Below, piece after piece: positions 19,202-29,653 of a stretch of 64,000 nucleotides of DNA. The DNA is from Bacillota bacterium (GTDB lineage Bacteria > Bacillota > Limnochordia > DTU087), in NCBI GenBank assembly GCA_012798695.1, contig JAAZMR010000025.1, forward strand, positions 7,659 to 71,658, given 5' to 3'. Within the stretch, counting starts at the first letter, position 1; each line of letters begins with the position of its first letter. The notes under the pieces are model-generated. The model made no database searches and was not told the DNA's origin. It worked only from the letters and a program-made list of their open reading frames with translations. The position numbers and the translations under genes were made by a program.

Positions 19202-20233
19202 CTATGGCAACCAATGGACCGGGTTTACGGTTTCAGCGTCAAGTTTGATGCGAAAGTCTACATGGGGACCAGTAGAGACCCCGGAACTCCCTGATCGGGC
19301 GATCACCTGGCCCTGCCGGACCTTCTCACCTACCTTCACCGACAGGCGTGAGTTGTGACCATACCAGGTGGTTACCCCCCGCCCGTGATCGATCACAATC
19401 CCATAGCCAAAGGCACCCATATAGCCACTGCGAATAACTTTCCCGTTAGCTGCCGCCCGCACGCTAGTCCCAACTGGGACAGCTATGTCGATACCGCCAT
19501 GAAACTGGCGGTTTTTATATATCGGGTGGACTCTCCAGCCATAAGATGAAGAAATACGGCCTCTCACCGGCCAGGCAAACCGCGGCATATTGGCCTGCCA
19601 GCCAGGAATAACGAGCTTCTGACCAGCCCGCAAACGGTTAGGATCAGCCAACCGGTTGGCCTCCGCCAAAGCCGGTACGGATGTGTTGAACTTCTTGGCG
19701 ATTACTGAAGCACTATCCCCCGGCCTCACCTGATAGACTTGTTCCGGCGGATTATCAGAGACGAGAGACTGCCCACTAGCTGTCACAGTTCTGCCTTGGG
19801 GAATAGTCAATTCCCGGCCTATGATGATAATCTCATCAGTCAAATCATTGGCATCCATGATGGCCTCAATGGATACTCCGTAACTACGTGCTAATATGTA
19901 TAGAGAATCACCCCGTTTTACTCTATGAATTAGAGTAGGGGCCTTCCTTATTTCCTCCCATGTCTGGTTGCCCACAATCCCATCTACCGTTAGCCCCAGG
20001 CTCTTTTGGAATGCTCGGACAGCAGCCGCGGTCACCGGGCCGAACTTACCATCAATCGGCAAAGGGTGGCCCCATTCCACCAATCTTTGCTGCAGCTCCC
20101 TCACATCACTGCCTGTCATTCCCTGTCTTAGCACCCGGGCAGCCATCGCCATTTCCGGGACTATGCCTCCAAGAACGATGATACACACGAGACATACAAC
20201 AACGATTCTGGCTAGGTGTACAGATCTTGCCAT
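19202..20233 (-). CDS. Secreted M23 family metallopeptidase with PG_binding_1 and two LysM domains
   Basis: Signal/TM N-terminus. PG_binding_1 motif (LQQRLVEWGH...DGKFGPVTAAAVRAFQ). Two LysM repeats. C-terminal M23 motifs (HGGIDIA, GHNSRL..VKVG). SD GGAGGTAATC. Confidence 0.8.
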   Translation of the reverse strand: MARSVHLARIVVVCLVCIIVLGGIVPEMAMAARVLRQGMTGSDVRELQQRLVEWGHPLPIDGKFGPVTAAAVRAFQKSLGLTVDGIVGNQTWEEIRKAPTLIHRVKRGDSLYILARSYGVSIEAIMDANDLTDEIIIIGRELTIPQGRTVTASGQSLVSDNPPEQVYQVRPGDSASVIAKKFNTSVPALAEANRLADPNRLRAGQKLVIPGWQANMPRFAWPVRGRISSSYGWRVHPIYKNRQFHGGIDIAVPVGTSVRAAANGKVIRSGYMGAFGYGIVIDHGRGVTTWYGHNSRLSVKVGEKVRQGQVIARSGSSGVSTGPHVDFRIKLDAETVNPVHWLP

Positions 20234-20382
20234 GATTACCTCCTACAGCAATGAACTTCGGCACCTGGCAACTAAGTTCTTTCTTCATTCTGGTGCCTGT
20301 TTCTGCCAGTAGCGAGACTACTTTATTCCCTATTATATCCAACTGGCATGTTTATACGCTCTCAACCTCTGCCAAAAAAGCC

Positions 20383-21084
20383 CTATGTTAGTAATTCAAA
20401 AAGCAATATGGTCGCGGCAATGCCAATTAGACCACCTGCCGCTACCTCTGGCCACCGATGAATGCGAGCCTCTAGGCGGCTCTGAGCCACAAGGCTAGCT
20501 AAGATAAAAGCCACCAAGGTGATGGGTCCGCTAGCTCCTAGAAGATGCGCCGAAGTGGCTAGGCCAAAGGCCACTGCTACATGACCACTAGGCATACCTC
20601 CTTGTACATGATGATACCCGGCCGATAGCTTGAAAACTACTACACTAGCGACAATCACGCCTATGGGAACGAGTATCAATAAACAGCTGGAATTGGTCCC
20701 GATTGTCGGGACCTCCTCCAACCGATCGGCTATCTTATCAAAGAAAAGTAAAAAGCCAATCGCCATAGCCGCCAAAGCAGTTACCAGAACACTGCCGGCA
20801 GCTACGTTCTTGGCAATCTTGGCTAAGGGATGGTATTCTTGTGTAATCAGATCGACAACGACCTCGATTGCGGTATTGAGCATTTCAGCCATGATCACCA
20901 GGCCTGCTGTCAAGATCAGTACAGCTAGTTCCACTGATGAGAGATGTAAGACATACCCCAGCAGAAAAACTAATACCGCGGTCAGGCAGTGTATGCGCAT
21001 ATTGCGTTGAGTTCTAATAGCATAGAACCACCCTGCTAGGGCATAATTGAAACTCTCCAATAGGGTGCGAGCCCGCATGAACAA
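20383..21084 (-). CDS. dgkA: Diacylglycerol/undecaprenol kinase (DgkA) fused to a C-terminal truncated PAP2-like phosphatase module
   Basis: N-terminal ~120 aa is a DgkA 3-TM kinase (EMLNTAIE). C-terminal ~100 aa carries PAP2 motifs C2 (PSGH) and C3 (SRLEARIHRWPE). Sits in the conserved phoH-pgpH-ybeY-dgkA position. Confidence 0.7.
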   Translation of the reverse strand: MFMRARTLLESFNYALAGWFYAIRTQRNMRIHCLTAVLVFLLGYVLHLSSVELAVLILTAGLVIMAEMLNTAIEVVVDLITQEYHPLAKIAKNVAAGSVLVTALAAMAIGFLLFFDKIADRLEEVPTIGTNSSCLLILVPIGVIVASVVVFKLSAGYHHVQGGMPSGHVAVAFGLATSAHLLGASGPITLVAFILASLVAQSRLEARIHRWPEVAAGGLIGIAATILLFELLT

Positions 21085-21095
21085 AGAGCCCCTTT

Positions 21096-21599
21096 CTACC
21101 GATGCAGCTGTAGTAGGGCCAATATCTGCTCTTCCTTCTCTCTCATCCGGCCCCGCTCTTCTTCGCTGTTATGATCCATCCCCAGAAGGTGTAGGAGACC
21201 GTGGGCCAATAAATACCCGACTTCCCGTTCAAGACTGTGCCCATATGCTTCTGACTGCTCCATTGCTTTTTCCAAGGAAATGACGATATCACCTAAAAGC
21301 ACTGGCTTCTCGGAATCAGACGGTGCCTGCAAGACCACATCTTCTCCTTCACCCATCTCCTCTTGGGCGAAGGAAAGTACATCAGTCGGTTCATCTATGC
21401 CCCTGTAGTCCCTATTGAGCTCTCTAATCTGGTCATTGTCACAAAGAACGATACTCACTTCCGGTAAACCTCGCCGGCCTTCTAACTGCCAGCACACCTT
21501 GACGACCTCACTCATCATCCCCTGCAATTCTTCCGGAACAGATATTTTGTTTTGCTGATTCAAGATGGCTAGCTCCATCACCCTGTCCTCCATTCTCAA
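21096..21599 (-). CDS. ybeY: rRNA maturation endoribonuclease YbeY
   Basis: HGLLHLLGMDH zinc-binding motif. 167 aa. 4-nt overlap with the upstream gene. Confidence 0.9.
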   Translation of the reverse strand: MRMEDRVMELAILNQQNKISVPEELQGMMSEVVKVCWQLEGRRGLPEVSIVLCDNDQIRELNRDYRGIDEPTDVLSFAQEEMGEGEDVVLQAPSDSEKPVLLGDIVISLEKAMEQSEAYGHSLEREVGYLLAHGLLHLLGMDHNSEEERGRMREKEEQILALLQLHR

Positions 21600-23782
21600 C
21601 TATCGGCTCTGGGCATATCCGGGTATTCAATCCGATTGTGATAGATGCCTGATAATACCTGGACAAAGGCCTCCGCCACCTTGTCTAGATCTCTTAAAGT
21701 CAGATCACTCTCATCTAGTTGGCCATCATTAAGTCGAGATTTGATGATCTTCCTGACCAAACCTTCGATCCGCCCTGGGGTCGGCCGAGACAAAGCTCTT
21801 ACCGCGGCCTCTACCGAATCCGCCAGCATCACGATGGCAGTTTCCTTGCTCTGAGGCTTAGGGCCCGGGTAACGATAATCGGCTTCATCTACCGAGCCAT
21901 CCTTTTCGGATTCCAGAGCCTTATGATAGAAAAACTTCACCAAATCGCTGCCATGATGCTGTTTAATGAAATCGGTCAACATAGCCGGCAGCCTATACTG
22001 TTTGGCCAGCTCTACCCCCTCTTTCACGTGGGAGGTAATAATCAACGTACTCAGAGAAGGAGAGATCCGATCATGAGGGTTGTCCCCACCTAACTGGTTC
22101 TCAACAAAGAAATACGGGCGCCTTACTTTCCCCACATCATGGTAAGCAGCCCCCACCCTGGCCAGCAAACCATCGGCATTCACGGCTTCTGCAGCCGCCT
22201 CTGCTAGATTGCCCACAATAATACTGTGATGATACGTCCCCGGTGCTTCCAGGAGTAATCTCCGTAACAATGGCTGGTTGGGATTGGACAATTCCAGCAA
22301 TTTGATGGATGACGTAATCCCAAAGAGATTCTCTAAGTAAGGCAAGAAGCCAATGGTGAAGATCGCACAGATAATGCCATTGCTCAAACCTAGGTATGAG
22401 TTTTTGGCGAGAAACATGTCATCATTGATAAAGGCAAAAGCCATCATGGTCGCGAAGTTGGCCACACCAACTATAAATCCTACCCTGGTCACATCTGATC
22501 GCTGAGTGACCTTGCCCAGACTCAGAACCGAAGTTATGCCCCCAATCAGGGCTACGGCAACACATTTTAGTTCTCCGCCGGTAACTAACCCCACTACGAC
22601 AGCCAAAACAACCGTGATCAGGATAGCCAAACGCGAGTCCAAAAGCAATGTGATCAACATAGCTCCAAAAGCTATGGGCATCAAATATCCTGTTCCCTGC
22701 CATGGAATGAGGCTCAAAACCTTGATGACAAAAACCACGATAATCACAATCAGACCGAGAAGTGCTAGCAAGCCCTCATCTGCGATGATCTCACGCTCAT
22801 ACTGCCAGAGAAAAACTCCCACCAAAGCCAATAAGATCAAGACTACCCAGGCGACTCCAAACATCCGCCCATAATTGGCCGTGCGTTTCTGCAGCCCCAG
22901 ATCCTTCAAAATCTGCAGCTTCTCCCGGGTAATCACATCACCCTTTCGCACCACGATTTCACCCTGCAGCACCATCACAGGGGCAACCGCTTGAGACGCT
23001 TCCCGCCTAACCGATTCCAATCTCCCCGTATCGAGCACCAGATTCGGGCGGATCACATTCTTCACAATACTAGCCACAGTCTCTTGAGCAGGCTCCGGCA
23101 GATCATATTCGGCCACCTGCTGACGCATTTTTTCCACCATCTCATTGCGGTTCTCTTGAGTGATCCGGTTATTGCGCAGCATTTTAATGGCCAAAGTCTT
23201 GGCTGCCTGCTCCATAGCCACAAATGTGTCCACTGAAGCACCCAACAGAGTCTCTGCCGAATGCTTGTCCACCTCTAGGTCAACTTCCTGGCGCAGGGAG
23301 GTCTGCAGCTCAGTCGCCCGTTGATTGAGACTCGCCATCGGGGTCTGAGGAATCATCTCCGGGGGTACACCCGGAGCCGCTATCTCCTGACGAACCCTGA
23401 GACTATCAGCCTTTTCAAAAACAAAGGCCAACTTCTCCTCAGCACTCACAACTATCTTGTCATTAATCATATAGTTATCCGGATTGGCGTGGGCTTTCTC
23501 CAAGGCTGTACTAATCGCCTCATTGCGCATCTGTTCCGTCTCGTAACGGTTCTCAATAGTACGGGGTGCTTCAATGTCTCTAGGGCTAACTTGTCCTACC
23601 TTGAGATCATACTGTAATGGCACCAGATTGGCCATCAGGATGCCCATCAGGGTAAGGAAAATCGCTGCAGCCAGCAAACACTGCCTGACTCCGGCCTTCT
23701 GCCAAATCTCCCGAGTTCGCTCAACCAGCCAGTCTACCGCTGCCCGTAGTTTGTTCTCTTCAACCATAAGGTAAGCCACCAC
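21596..23782 (-). CDS. pgpH: 7TM-receptor HD-domain phosphohydrolase (PgpH/YqfF-like cyclic-di-AMP phosphodiesterase)
   Basis: 728 aa: extracellular N-domain, 7-TM block, C-terminal HD domain (HHSIIVGNLAEAAAE...YHDVGK). Conserved yqfE-yqfF-ybeY order. Confidence 0.8.
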   Translation of the reverse strand: MVAYLMVEENKLRAAVDWLVERTREIWQKAGVRQCLLAAAIFLTLMGILMANLVPLQYDLKVGQVSPRDIEAPRTIENRYETEQMRNEAISTALEKAHANPDNYMINDKIVVSAEEKLAFVFEKADSLRVRQEIAAPGVPPEMIPQTPMASLNQRATELQTSLRQEVDLEVDKHSAETLLGASVDTFVAMEQAAKTLAIKMLRNNRITQENRNEMVEKMRQQVAEYDLPEPAQETVASIVKNVIRPNLVLDTGRLESVRREASQAVAPVMVLQGEIVVRKGDVITREKLQILKDLGLQKRTANYGRMFGVAWVVLILLALVGVFLWQYEREIIADEGLLALLGLIVIIVVFVIKVLSLIPWQGTGYLMPIAFGAMLITLLLDSRLAILITVVLAVVVGLVTGGELKCVAVALIGGITSVLSLGKVTQRSDVTRVGFIVGVANFATMMAFAFINDDMFLAKNSYLGLSNGIICAIFTIGFLPYLENLFGITSSIKLLELSNPNQPLLRRLLLEAPGTYHHSIIVGNLAEAAAEAVNADGLLARVGAAYHDVGKVRRPYFFVENQLGGDNPHDRISPSLSTLIITSHVKEGVELAKQYRLPAMLTDFIKQHHGSDLVKFFYHKALESEKDGSVDEADYRYPGPKPQSKETAIVMLADSVEAAVRALSRPTPGRIEGLVRKIIKSRLNDGQLDESDLTLRDLDKVAEAFVQVLSGIYHNRIEYPDMPRADS

Positions 23783-23813
23783 TCTCGCTTCCGGATATTA
23801 GCCAAGCCTTCTC

Positions 23814-24794
23814 CTACCCGAGCTCTCGCTGTTTCTCTTGCTCGAAATGTTCATAAGCGCGAATAATGCGCTGAACTAAATGATGCCGCACCACATCTGC
23901 TTCACCGAGCTCCACAATGCTGATCCCTTCGGTGTTCCGTAAGACCTGGCGTGCCTGCTGTAAGCCAGAGCAAACGCCTTTGGGTAGGTCAATCTGGGTA
24001 ATATCACCGGTTATTACCATGCGAGATCCAAAACCCATCCGGGTCAAGAACATCTTCATCTGTTCTGGGGTGGTATTCTGCGCTTCATCTAGGATAATGA
24101 ATGAGTCATCGAGAGTCCTGCCTCTCATATAAGCGAGAGGCGCCACCTCAATGGCCCCTCTTTCCAAGTATTTGCGAAAGACCTCCACCCCGAGAATATC
24201 ATATAAAGCATCATATAAAGGGCGCAGATACGGATCAACCTTTTCCTGTAGATCCCCAGGTAGAAAACCGAGACGCTCCCCGGCCTCAACCGCCGGGCGA
24301 GTCAAGATAATGCGGCCGACCTCCCGATTTCTCAGCGCGGCTACGGCCATAGCCATGGCTAGATAAGTCTTGCCTGTTCCAGCCGGGCCGATCCCAAAAA
24401 CGATCAGGTATTGCCGCATCGCGTCAACATAACGTTTCTGCCCCAGAGTTCTTGGCGTAATCTTTTTTCCTTGAGAGGTTACCTGCACCACATCAGCGTG
24501 CAACCGCCGCAGCTGACCATTCTTTCCAGCTTCCATTAGCTGTACGGCATATCTAACTTCCTGAGCTGTAAGAGCCCGTTGCTCCGCCACCTCAATCAGG
24601 TCAGCCAAGACCATCTGAGCCTGACGTACTGCTCCCTTCTCCCCCGTAATACCGATTACGTTGCCCCTTGGCACCAGCCTGACATCCAGCTCCTCCGCCA
24701 GGACCTTAAGATTCTCATCTCGGTGACCAAAGAGAGCTAACGCAACCGCATTATCTTCTATGGCAAATTTCCCCTCTACCAGGATTGCACTCAA
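23814..24794 (-). CDS. phoH: PhoH-family ATPase (YqfE-like)
   Basis: Walker A GPAGTGKTYLA. PhoH C-terminal motifs. 326 aa. Confidence 0.9.
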   Translation of the reverse strand: MSAILVEGKFAIEDNAVALALFGHRDENLKVLAEELDVRLVPRGNVIGITGEKGAVRQAQMVLADLIEVAEQRALTAQEVRYAVQLMEAGKNGQLRRLHADVVQVTSQGKKITPRTLGQKRYVDAMRQYLIVFGIGPAGTGKTYLAMAMAVAALRNREVGRIILTRPAVEAGERLGFLPGDLQEKVDPYLRPLYDALYDILGVEVFRKYLERGAIEVAPLAYMRGRTLDDSFIILDEAQNTTPEQMKMFLTRMGFGSRMVITGDITQIDLPKGVCSGLQQARQVLRNTEGISIVELGEADVVRHHLVQRIIRAYEHFEQEKQRELG

Positions 24795-24821
24795 ATTTAT
24801 GGCTTCCCTCCCACATCCCGT

Positions 24822-26036
24822 TCATTTTCCACCGGATAGTGCTCGGAATACACCGATCTCTTCATGGACTTCCACAACTCGTCTGGCCCGCACCAGTATG
24901 TCTCCATTATGCTCTTCTGTACCGATATCCACTTCTTCGGAGAGAATCTCCACTCCCGGTGTTAGTTTAGCCTCAATTACCTCCCAAGATTGGCGTAAGG
25001 CCACTTCCTTAGCTATTTCCAGATCGGTTTCTATTTTCTCTATCTCTAGCTCATGATACTCAGTAGTGAGCAGCCCAATAGGCAGTTCCCAGTTAAATCG
25101 CAACCATGTTGGTCGCTTGACTCTCTTCTCTTCTTCATATATAGGAAAAGGTGGCGACAAGACCCCCCAATCCCAGTGCCACGGCCCCACCAGTAATCGA
25201 TTGCTTGTACACATCTCACCAGTTCGCCGGGGTATGTGGCGCACTAGACCAGCCTCTCCGAAACCCCTATACCAGACTCGGCCCTTAACTACACCTGCCG
25301 CCCTCAGATATCCATTACCTACGCTTTGTCCCATAGACCCGTAGCCGCCTAGGCTACCATCAATCAGCACCTGGCCCTCTGTTACCGTTTCGCCCTCTTC
25401 TACCAGTACTCTGCCGACAAAGGGAATGATCTGGGTTACCAGTGCATTCTTACCGGCCACGATATCCCCAGGGACTCTTTGGTCTACCGGCACCTCGACC
25501 TTCTCCACAATGGTGAGTTCTAGTAATGTACCTCGCAAACTCACCCCTACCCAGGCGAGTTGAGGTAGATTGAGCATGAGATACTTTTCTAGTTCTCTGG
25601 AATCGATCGCCTTTCGCCAGACCCCTGGCCTCACCCCAGCCTCTTTGAGAACCTCGTGAATGAGAGCTTGATCTAGTTGCTGAAGACCGTGCACCTGAAC
25701 AAACCATATAACTGATGACAACAAATATATGCATAAGAGGCTCAATAGTGCACCGACCAATAAAGCGAAACGCTGGCTCACCTTTCGCCATAGGAAAGGA
25801 AGGCCAATTCTTTGCCGAATCTGGATAGTCACAGGTATTGAGTAAATTGCTTGCCGCAATCGAGTAGAATCGAGTGCACGCATTCTTGCGATCAGAAGTT
25901 CTCGGCTAAGACGTTGTACATCCCACAAATAAATGCCTTGATGGGATGCACGATTAAGAAACTCCTCTATGCCTCTACCTTTGACCTTGATTATAACATA
26001 CCCCTGATAATAAGACCACAGATCTCTAATGAGCAA
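24822..26036 (-). CDS. yqfD: Sporulation protein YqfD (stage IV sporulation)
   Basis: 404 aa. N-terminal YqfD signature (YQGYVIIKVKGRGIEEFLNRASHQGIYLWDV), central TM. Follows yqfC as in Bacillus and Clostridia. Confidence 0.7.
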   Translation of the reverse strand: MLIRDLWSYYQGYVIIKVKGRGIEEFLNRASHQGIYLWDVQRLSRELLIARMRALDSTRLRQAIYSIPVTIQIRQRIGLPFLWRKVSQRFALLVGALLSLLCIYLLSSVIWFVQVHGLQQLDQALIHEVLKEAGVRPGVWRKAIDSRELEKYLMLNLPQLAWVGVSLRGTLLELTIVEKVEVPVDQRVPGDIVAGKNALVTQIIPFVGRVLVEEGETVTEGQVLIDGSLGGYGSMGQSVGNGYLRAAGVVKGRVWYRGFGEAGLVRHIPRRTGEMCTSNRLLVGPWHWDWGVLSPPFPIYEEEKRVKRPTWLRFNWELPIGLLTTEYHELEIEKIETDLEIAKEVALRQSWEVIEAKLTPGVEILSEEVDIGTEEHNGDILVRARRVVEVHEEIGVFRALSGGK

Positions 26037-26042
26037 AGCGGC

Positions 26043-26333
26043 TCACCCCCTGAACCGAACGAACTCAATACTCGCGATGCTGCCGGTGATCCTCATTTCA
26101 CTGGAAAACAGAGAATCGATCTTCAGATTCCTGCCGGTGATCAGAGTTTCGCCCTGCTGAGTTCGAATACGGATTCTTTCCGGCTCATAGGTAAGAATAC
26201 CCTTGTGATTCTCCATCAAGAGCTGTGCATTCCCCGTAACAGTTATGCGAGTCAGATCTAATACCACATCCTCCGGCAGCTCAAAAGCACTCGCCAGATT
26301 CTGCAGCAACCGGGCTTTCGTCGTTTTGGGCAT
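26043..26333 (-). CDS. yqfC: Sporulation protein YqfC
   Basis: Start reassigned to ATG 26333 (MPKTTKARLLQNLASAFELPEDVVLDL...), with SD GGTGGAGGG. ~96 aa, matching YqfC size and motifs. The track ORF is longer. Confidence 0.65.
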   Translation of the reverse strand: MPKTTKARLLQNLASAFELPEDVVLDLTRITVTGNAQLLMENHKGILTYEPERIRIRTQQGETLITGRNLKIDSLFSSEMRITGSIASIEFVRFRG

Positions 26334-26484
26334 AGCATTCCCTCCACCTACCTGTAACATCTCTTCATGCTTATGCACAACGGATCCCATTAAGTACGGA
26401 CACACAAATGCCACCATCTTCTAAATCAGATGGTGGCATGTATCGAATTGCTTATCTGGCACTATAACACTTAATGACTCATAG

Positions 26485-27051
26485 CTATCGCATCCCCATT
26501 GGCCGATAAGGCCTTAGTGCACGGGGCTTGTTCAAGACTTCAGCCAGGATCACTGCCTTACGCCATTCACTCGCTGTGGCCACCCGATAAGGGGACCTAG
26601 CCTTGCCTGCAGCTGCTTGTCGTTCAGAGGGTTGCTTCATTCGGTGTAGTGCATAGCTATCTTCCTCCCGATCCAGCCCTTCATCAATAGCTGAGGGACC
26701 TAAGGATTCTATAGCTGTCACCTGCTGTTCTACAGCTGGATCTAAACTGGACACCTCGGCTGCCTCTGGTGCAAGCTCATCACTTCTTGGTTGAACCTCT
26801 CTTAGTGCTCTCTCCCCTGTTATCGGCTGCTGCATTTCCGATGGAAAAGGCGGGATACCTATGACTACTACTTCGCGGGGCTTACCCGCCGTCTTCTGCG
26901 CGGGTCTGACTTGCTGCTCACCACGCTCAGCCTGATCGGTAGGCATCGCAGGCTCATCGAGTATCGGCCCTTGCTGGAGTCGCTTGAGCACAGCCCCGAC
27001 CACTGATGCAACCAAATAAAGGACAACGATAGTACTGATGAGACCTTCCAC
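26485..27051 (-). CDS. Hypothetical membrane-anchored acidic/Pro-rich protein (occupies the YqfB position downstream of floA)
   Basis: 188 aa. N-terminal TM helix, low-complexity E/P/Q-rich middle, conserved-looking basic C-terminus (SEWRKAVILAEVLNKPRALRP). Operonic with nfeD-floA. Confidence 0.4.
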   Translation of the reverse strand: MEGLISTIVVLYLVASVVGAVLKRLQQGPILDEPAMPTDQAERGEQQVRPAQKTAGKPREVVVIGIPPFPSEMQQPITGERALREVQPRSDELAPEAAEVSSLDPAVEQQVTAIESLGPSAIDEGLDREEDSYALHRMKQPSERQAAAGKARSPYRVATASEWRKAVILAEVLNKPRALRPYRPMGMR

Positions 27052-27067
27052 ATCATCACCTCAATGT

Positions 27068-28084
27068 CTATGCATTATCCTCTTCATCCGTATCAGAGTG
27101 TTCCACGGCTTCCTCTGTCTCCCGGGCAATAGATTCCCTCATGTCCGTATCAGCCAACAGATTTCGCATGGTGTAATAGTCCATTACACCCATCCGTCCT
27201 TGCTTTAGCGCTTCCGCTAGAGCTAGAGGTACCTCGGCTTCGGCTTCCACTACCCGTGCCCTCATTTCCTCTACCTTAGCCCTCATTTCCTGCTCTAAGG
27301 CTTGAGCAGCGAAACGCCGTTCCGCAGCTTTAGCCTGAGCAATGTGCTTGTCGGCCTCTGCTTGATCCATCTGCAAGCGAGCACCGATGTTGCGGCCCAC
27401 ATCCACATCGGCGATATCAATGGACAAGATCTCGAAAGCCGTCCCAGCATCAAGTCCCTTATTCAACACCGTGCTGGAAATCCGATCCGGATTCTCCAGT
27501 ACATCAGCGTGACTCTCTGAGGAGCCTACTGTAGTTACAATCCCTTCACCCACTCGAGCAATAATCGTCGGCTCCCCTGCGCCTCCCACCAAGCGTTCGA
27601 TATTGGCTCTTACTGTCACTCTGGCTTTAGCCTTGAGCTCTATACCGTCTTTGGCCACCGCGGCGATAACCGGGGTTTCAATCACTTTGGGATTGACACT
27701 CATCTGGACTGCCTCCAGCACATTACGGCCGGCTAGGTCGATTGCCGCTGCTCGTTCAAAGGTAAGAGCGATCTCAGCTCTATGGGCTGCTATCAGTGCA
27801 TCTACAACCCGATCAACATTACCCCCAGCCAAATAGTGAGCTTCTAGTTTATCTATGCTCACATCAATACCTGCCTTCAAGGCCTTAATCAGGGGCATGA
27901 TGATGCGATGGGGCGGTACGCGCCGCAGCCGCATACCGATCAATGTGACGATGCTCACCTTGACCCCCGCAGCCAGGGCGGAGATCCATAGGCCAATGGG
28001 AATGAAATTGAGTATGACCAGCACCAAGATGACAATAAAGATAATTGGTAACCAAGCGAAAAGCATCATTAAGGGGGGTTCCAT
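27068..28084 (-). CDS. floA: Flotillin-like protein FloA (YqfA, SPFH-domain, UPF0365)
   Basis: 338 aa. N-terminal TM followed by an SPFH-like domain with Ala/Glu-rich coiled coil. Canonical nfeD-floA pairing. Confidence 0.8.
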   Translation of the reverse strand: MEPPLMMLFAWLPIIFIVILVLVILNFIPIGLWISALAAGVKVSIVTLIGMRLRRVPPHRIIMPLIKALKAGIDVSIDKLEAHYLAGGNVDRVVDALIAAHRAEIALTFERAAAIDLAGRNVLEAVQMSVNPKVIETPVIAAVAKDGIELKAKARVTVRANIERLVGGAGEPTIIARVGEGIVTTVGSSESHADVLENPDRISSTVLNKGLDAGTAFEILSIDIADVDVGRNIGARLQMDQAEADKHIAQAKAAERRFAAQALEQEMRAKVEEMRARVVEAEAEVPLALAEALKQGRMGVMDYYTMRNLLADTDMRESIARETEEAVEHSDTDEEDNA

Positions 28085-28128
28085 CTACCCCATTTAAGAG
28101 TAGACGACCCCGTCACCTCCTTATTTGT

Positions 28129-29469
28129 TTATCCGGATTCATCGCTGGGCCCTAACAGCCTCACAACAATGCGATTTCCTTCAACACTGATTACTTGTAC
28201 AGGCATATCTCTAGGGATAAACCCCCCCTCTGTCACCGCGTCAACTCTGTGACCGTCAATCTCAATAATCCCTGAGGGCCGAAGAGGTGTCAGCGTCTTA
28301 CCTGTTTTACCTGATAAATCTACCCGACGCAATGAGGGTGGAGTATGCCCTTCTTCTTGGCCTATTCTAGTACTTAGAACCAAGCGCTGCCAGGCACTAC
28401 TGCGTCTAAAATACTTCCAGCCGAAAGCTACTACCAATACGGTTGCTCCCAAAGCAATGCCCAAACTGACGAGCCCCGCCTCAGCCGTGGCATAGCTGAG
28501 TACAATACTGGCAAAAACAGCACCTAAACCCATGATCCCGGCAAAACCGAATCCGGGTATAAGAAAAACCTCTACCAGAAGCAATATAAGCCCTATTACA
28601 AACAAGAGAACGACTTCCCAACCAGCCAGGCCAATGACCATGCGTCCACCGAAAAATAGGGCCAGGCTGACGATACCCACCGTACCAGGTATACCGAAAC
28701 CAGGGGTTACTATTTCCAGAATTAGCCCGGCAAATCCTAGAATCAGCAGTAAAGAACTGACTACTGGCTGAGTCAAGAAACCTGCAGTCCTCTCTGCCCA
28801 GGTAGACTGCAGCTCTTGAATACCCTGAGTGCTGTATCCTAGTCGCTGCAGCGCTTCCTCGCGACTAGATGCAATAAAATCGATGAAGTTGATCTCTTCC
28901 GCCTTATTCGCACTCAGGGTCAGAATCTTGCCTACTTGGACTAATCCGTCTATAGCGATATCCTTGTCTACCATTGCCGCTGCCACTTCGGGATTCCGTC
29001 CCCGCCCTTGGGCTGTGGCTTCAAATTCTGCCCGTACAGCAGAAATCGTTTTCTCCTCGGCTGGGCGCGGCTCAGCAGCACCGATACTGGCCCCCGGCGC
29101 CATGACCAAGTGTTCAGAAGCCATGGCTATCAAAGCACCGGCCGACCAAGCACGCTCCGTTACAAAAGCAATCACCGGTACCCGCGTACCCAATAGCGCA
29201 TCTCGAATTTCGGTGGCAGCATCAACCCGTCCGCCGAAGGTATTGATCTCCAGCAAAATGGCGGCAGCGTTCTGCGCCTCAGCTTCATCGACAGCTCGAC
29301 GAACAAAACCGGCTAGGCCCCACTCAATCGTACCGCGAATCGGAACTACCCAAACCCCATTACTAGCGGCCACTGAAACACCCGGCCCCCATAAGCCCAT
29401 GAGCAGCCAGACAACAATACTGCCAGCCACTAACCTCCCAAGCCTGGGGTAATTGATTCCCACCGCCAT
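28129..29469 (-). CDS. NfeD-family membrane-bound ClpP-class serine protease (YqeZ-like)
   Basis: 446 aa: N-terminal ClpP-like domain (RAWSAGALIAMASEHLVMAPGASIG), multi-TM middle, C-terminal OB-fold. Confidence 0.75.
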   Translation of the reverse strand: MAVGINYPRLGRLVAGSIVVWLLMGLWGPGVSVAASNGVWVVPIRGTIEWGLAGFVRRAVDEAEAQNAAAILLEINTFGGRVDAATEIRDALLGTRVPVIAFVTERAWSAGALIAMASEHLVMAPGASIGAAEPRPAEEKTISAVRAEFEATAQGRGRNPEVAAAMVDKDIAIDGLVQVGKILTLSANKAEEINFIDFIASSREEALQRLGYSTQGIQELQSTWAERTAGFLTQPVVSSLLLILGFAGLILEIVTPGFGIPGTVGIVSLALFFGGRMVIGLAGWEVVLLFVIGLILLLVEVFLIPGFGFAGIMGLGAVFASIVLSYATAEAGLVSLGIALGATVLVVAFGWKYFRRSSAWQRLVLSTRIGQEEGHTPPSLRRVDLSGKTGKTLTPLRPSGIIEIDGHRVDAVTEGGFIPRDMPVQVISVEGNRIVVRLLGPSDESG

Positions 29470-29653
29470 TTATCTTCCCCCTGTCTCTATATATATTAAA
29501 CATTGCCCTCCGGCTCTCATCTTCCTGCTAAGAAGTCTACCCCAAACAAAGAATAGGTAGAAGTCAAAACAACAATCCACATTGTATGCAAAGCATTATG
29601 GTATCTAAATGAAAAACCCGTTGCCATGTGACAACGGGCTGAAGCCATGCTGC

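Noticed and set aside
20234-20382. Possible terminator between dgkA and the upstream M23 peptidase gene.
   Set aside because: Only a 3-bp GGC/GCC stem around an A6 tract. No credible hairpin. dgkA may be co-transcribed with upstream genes or use a rho-dependent end.
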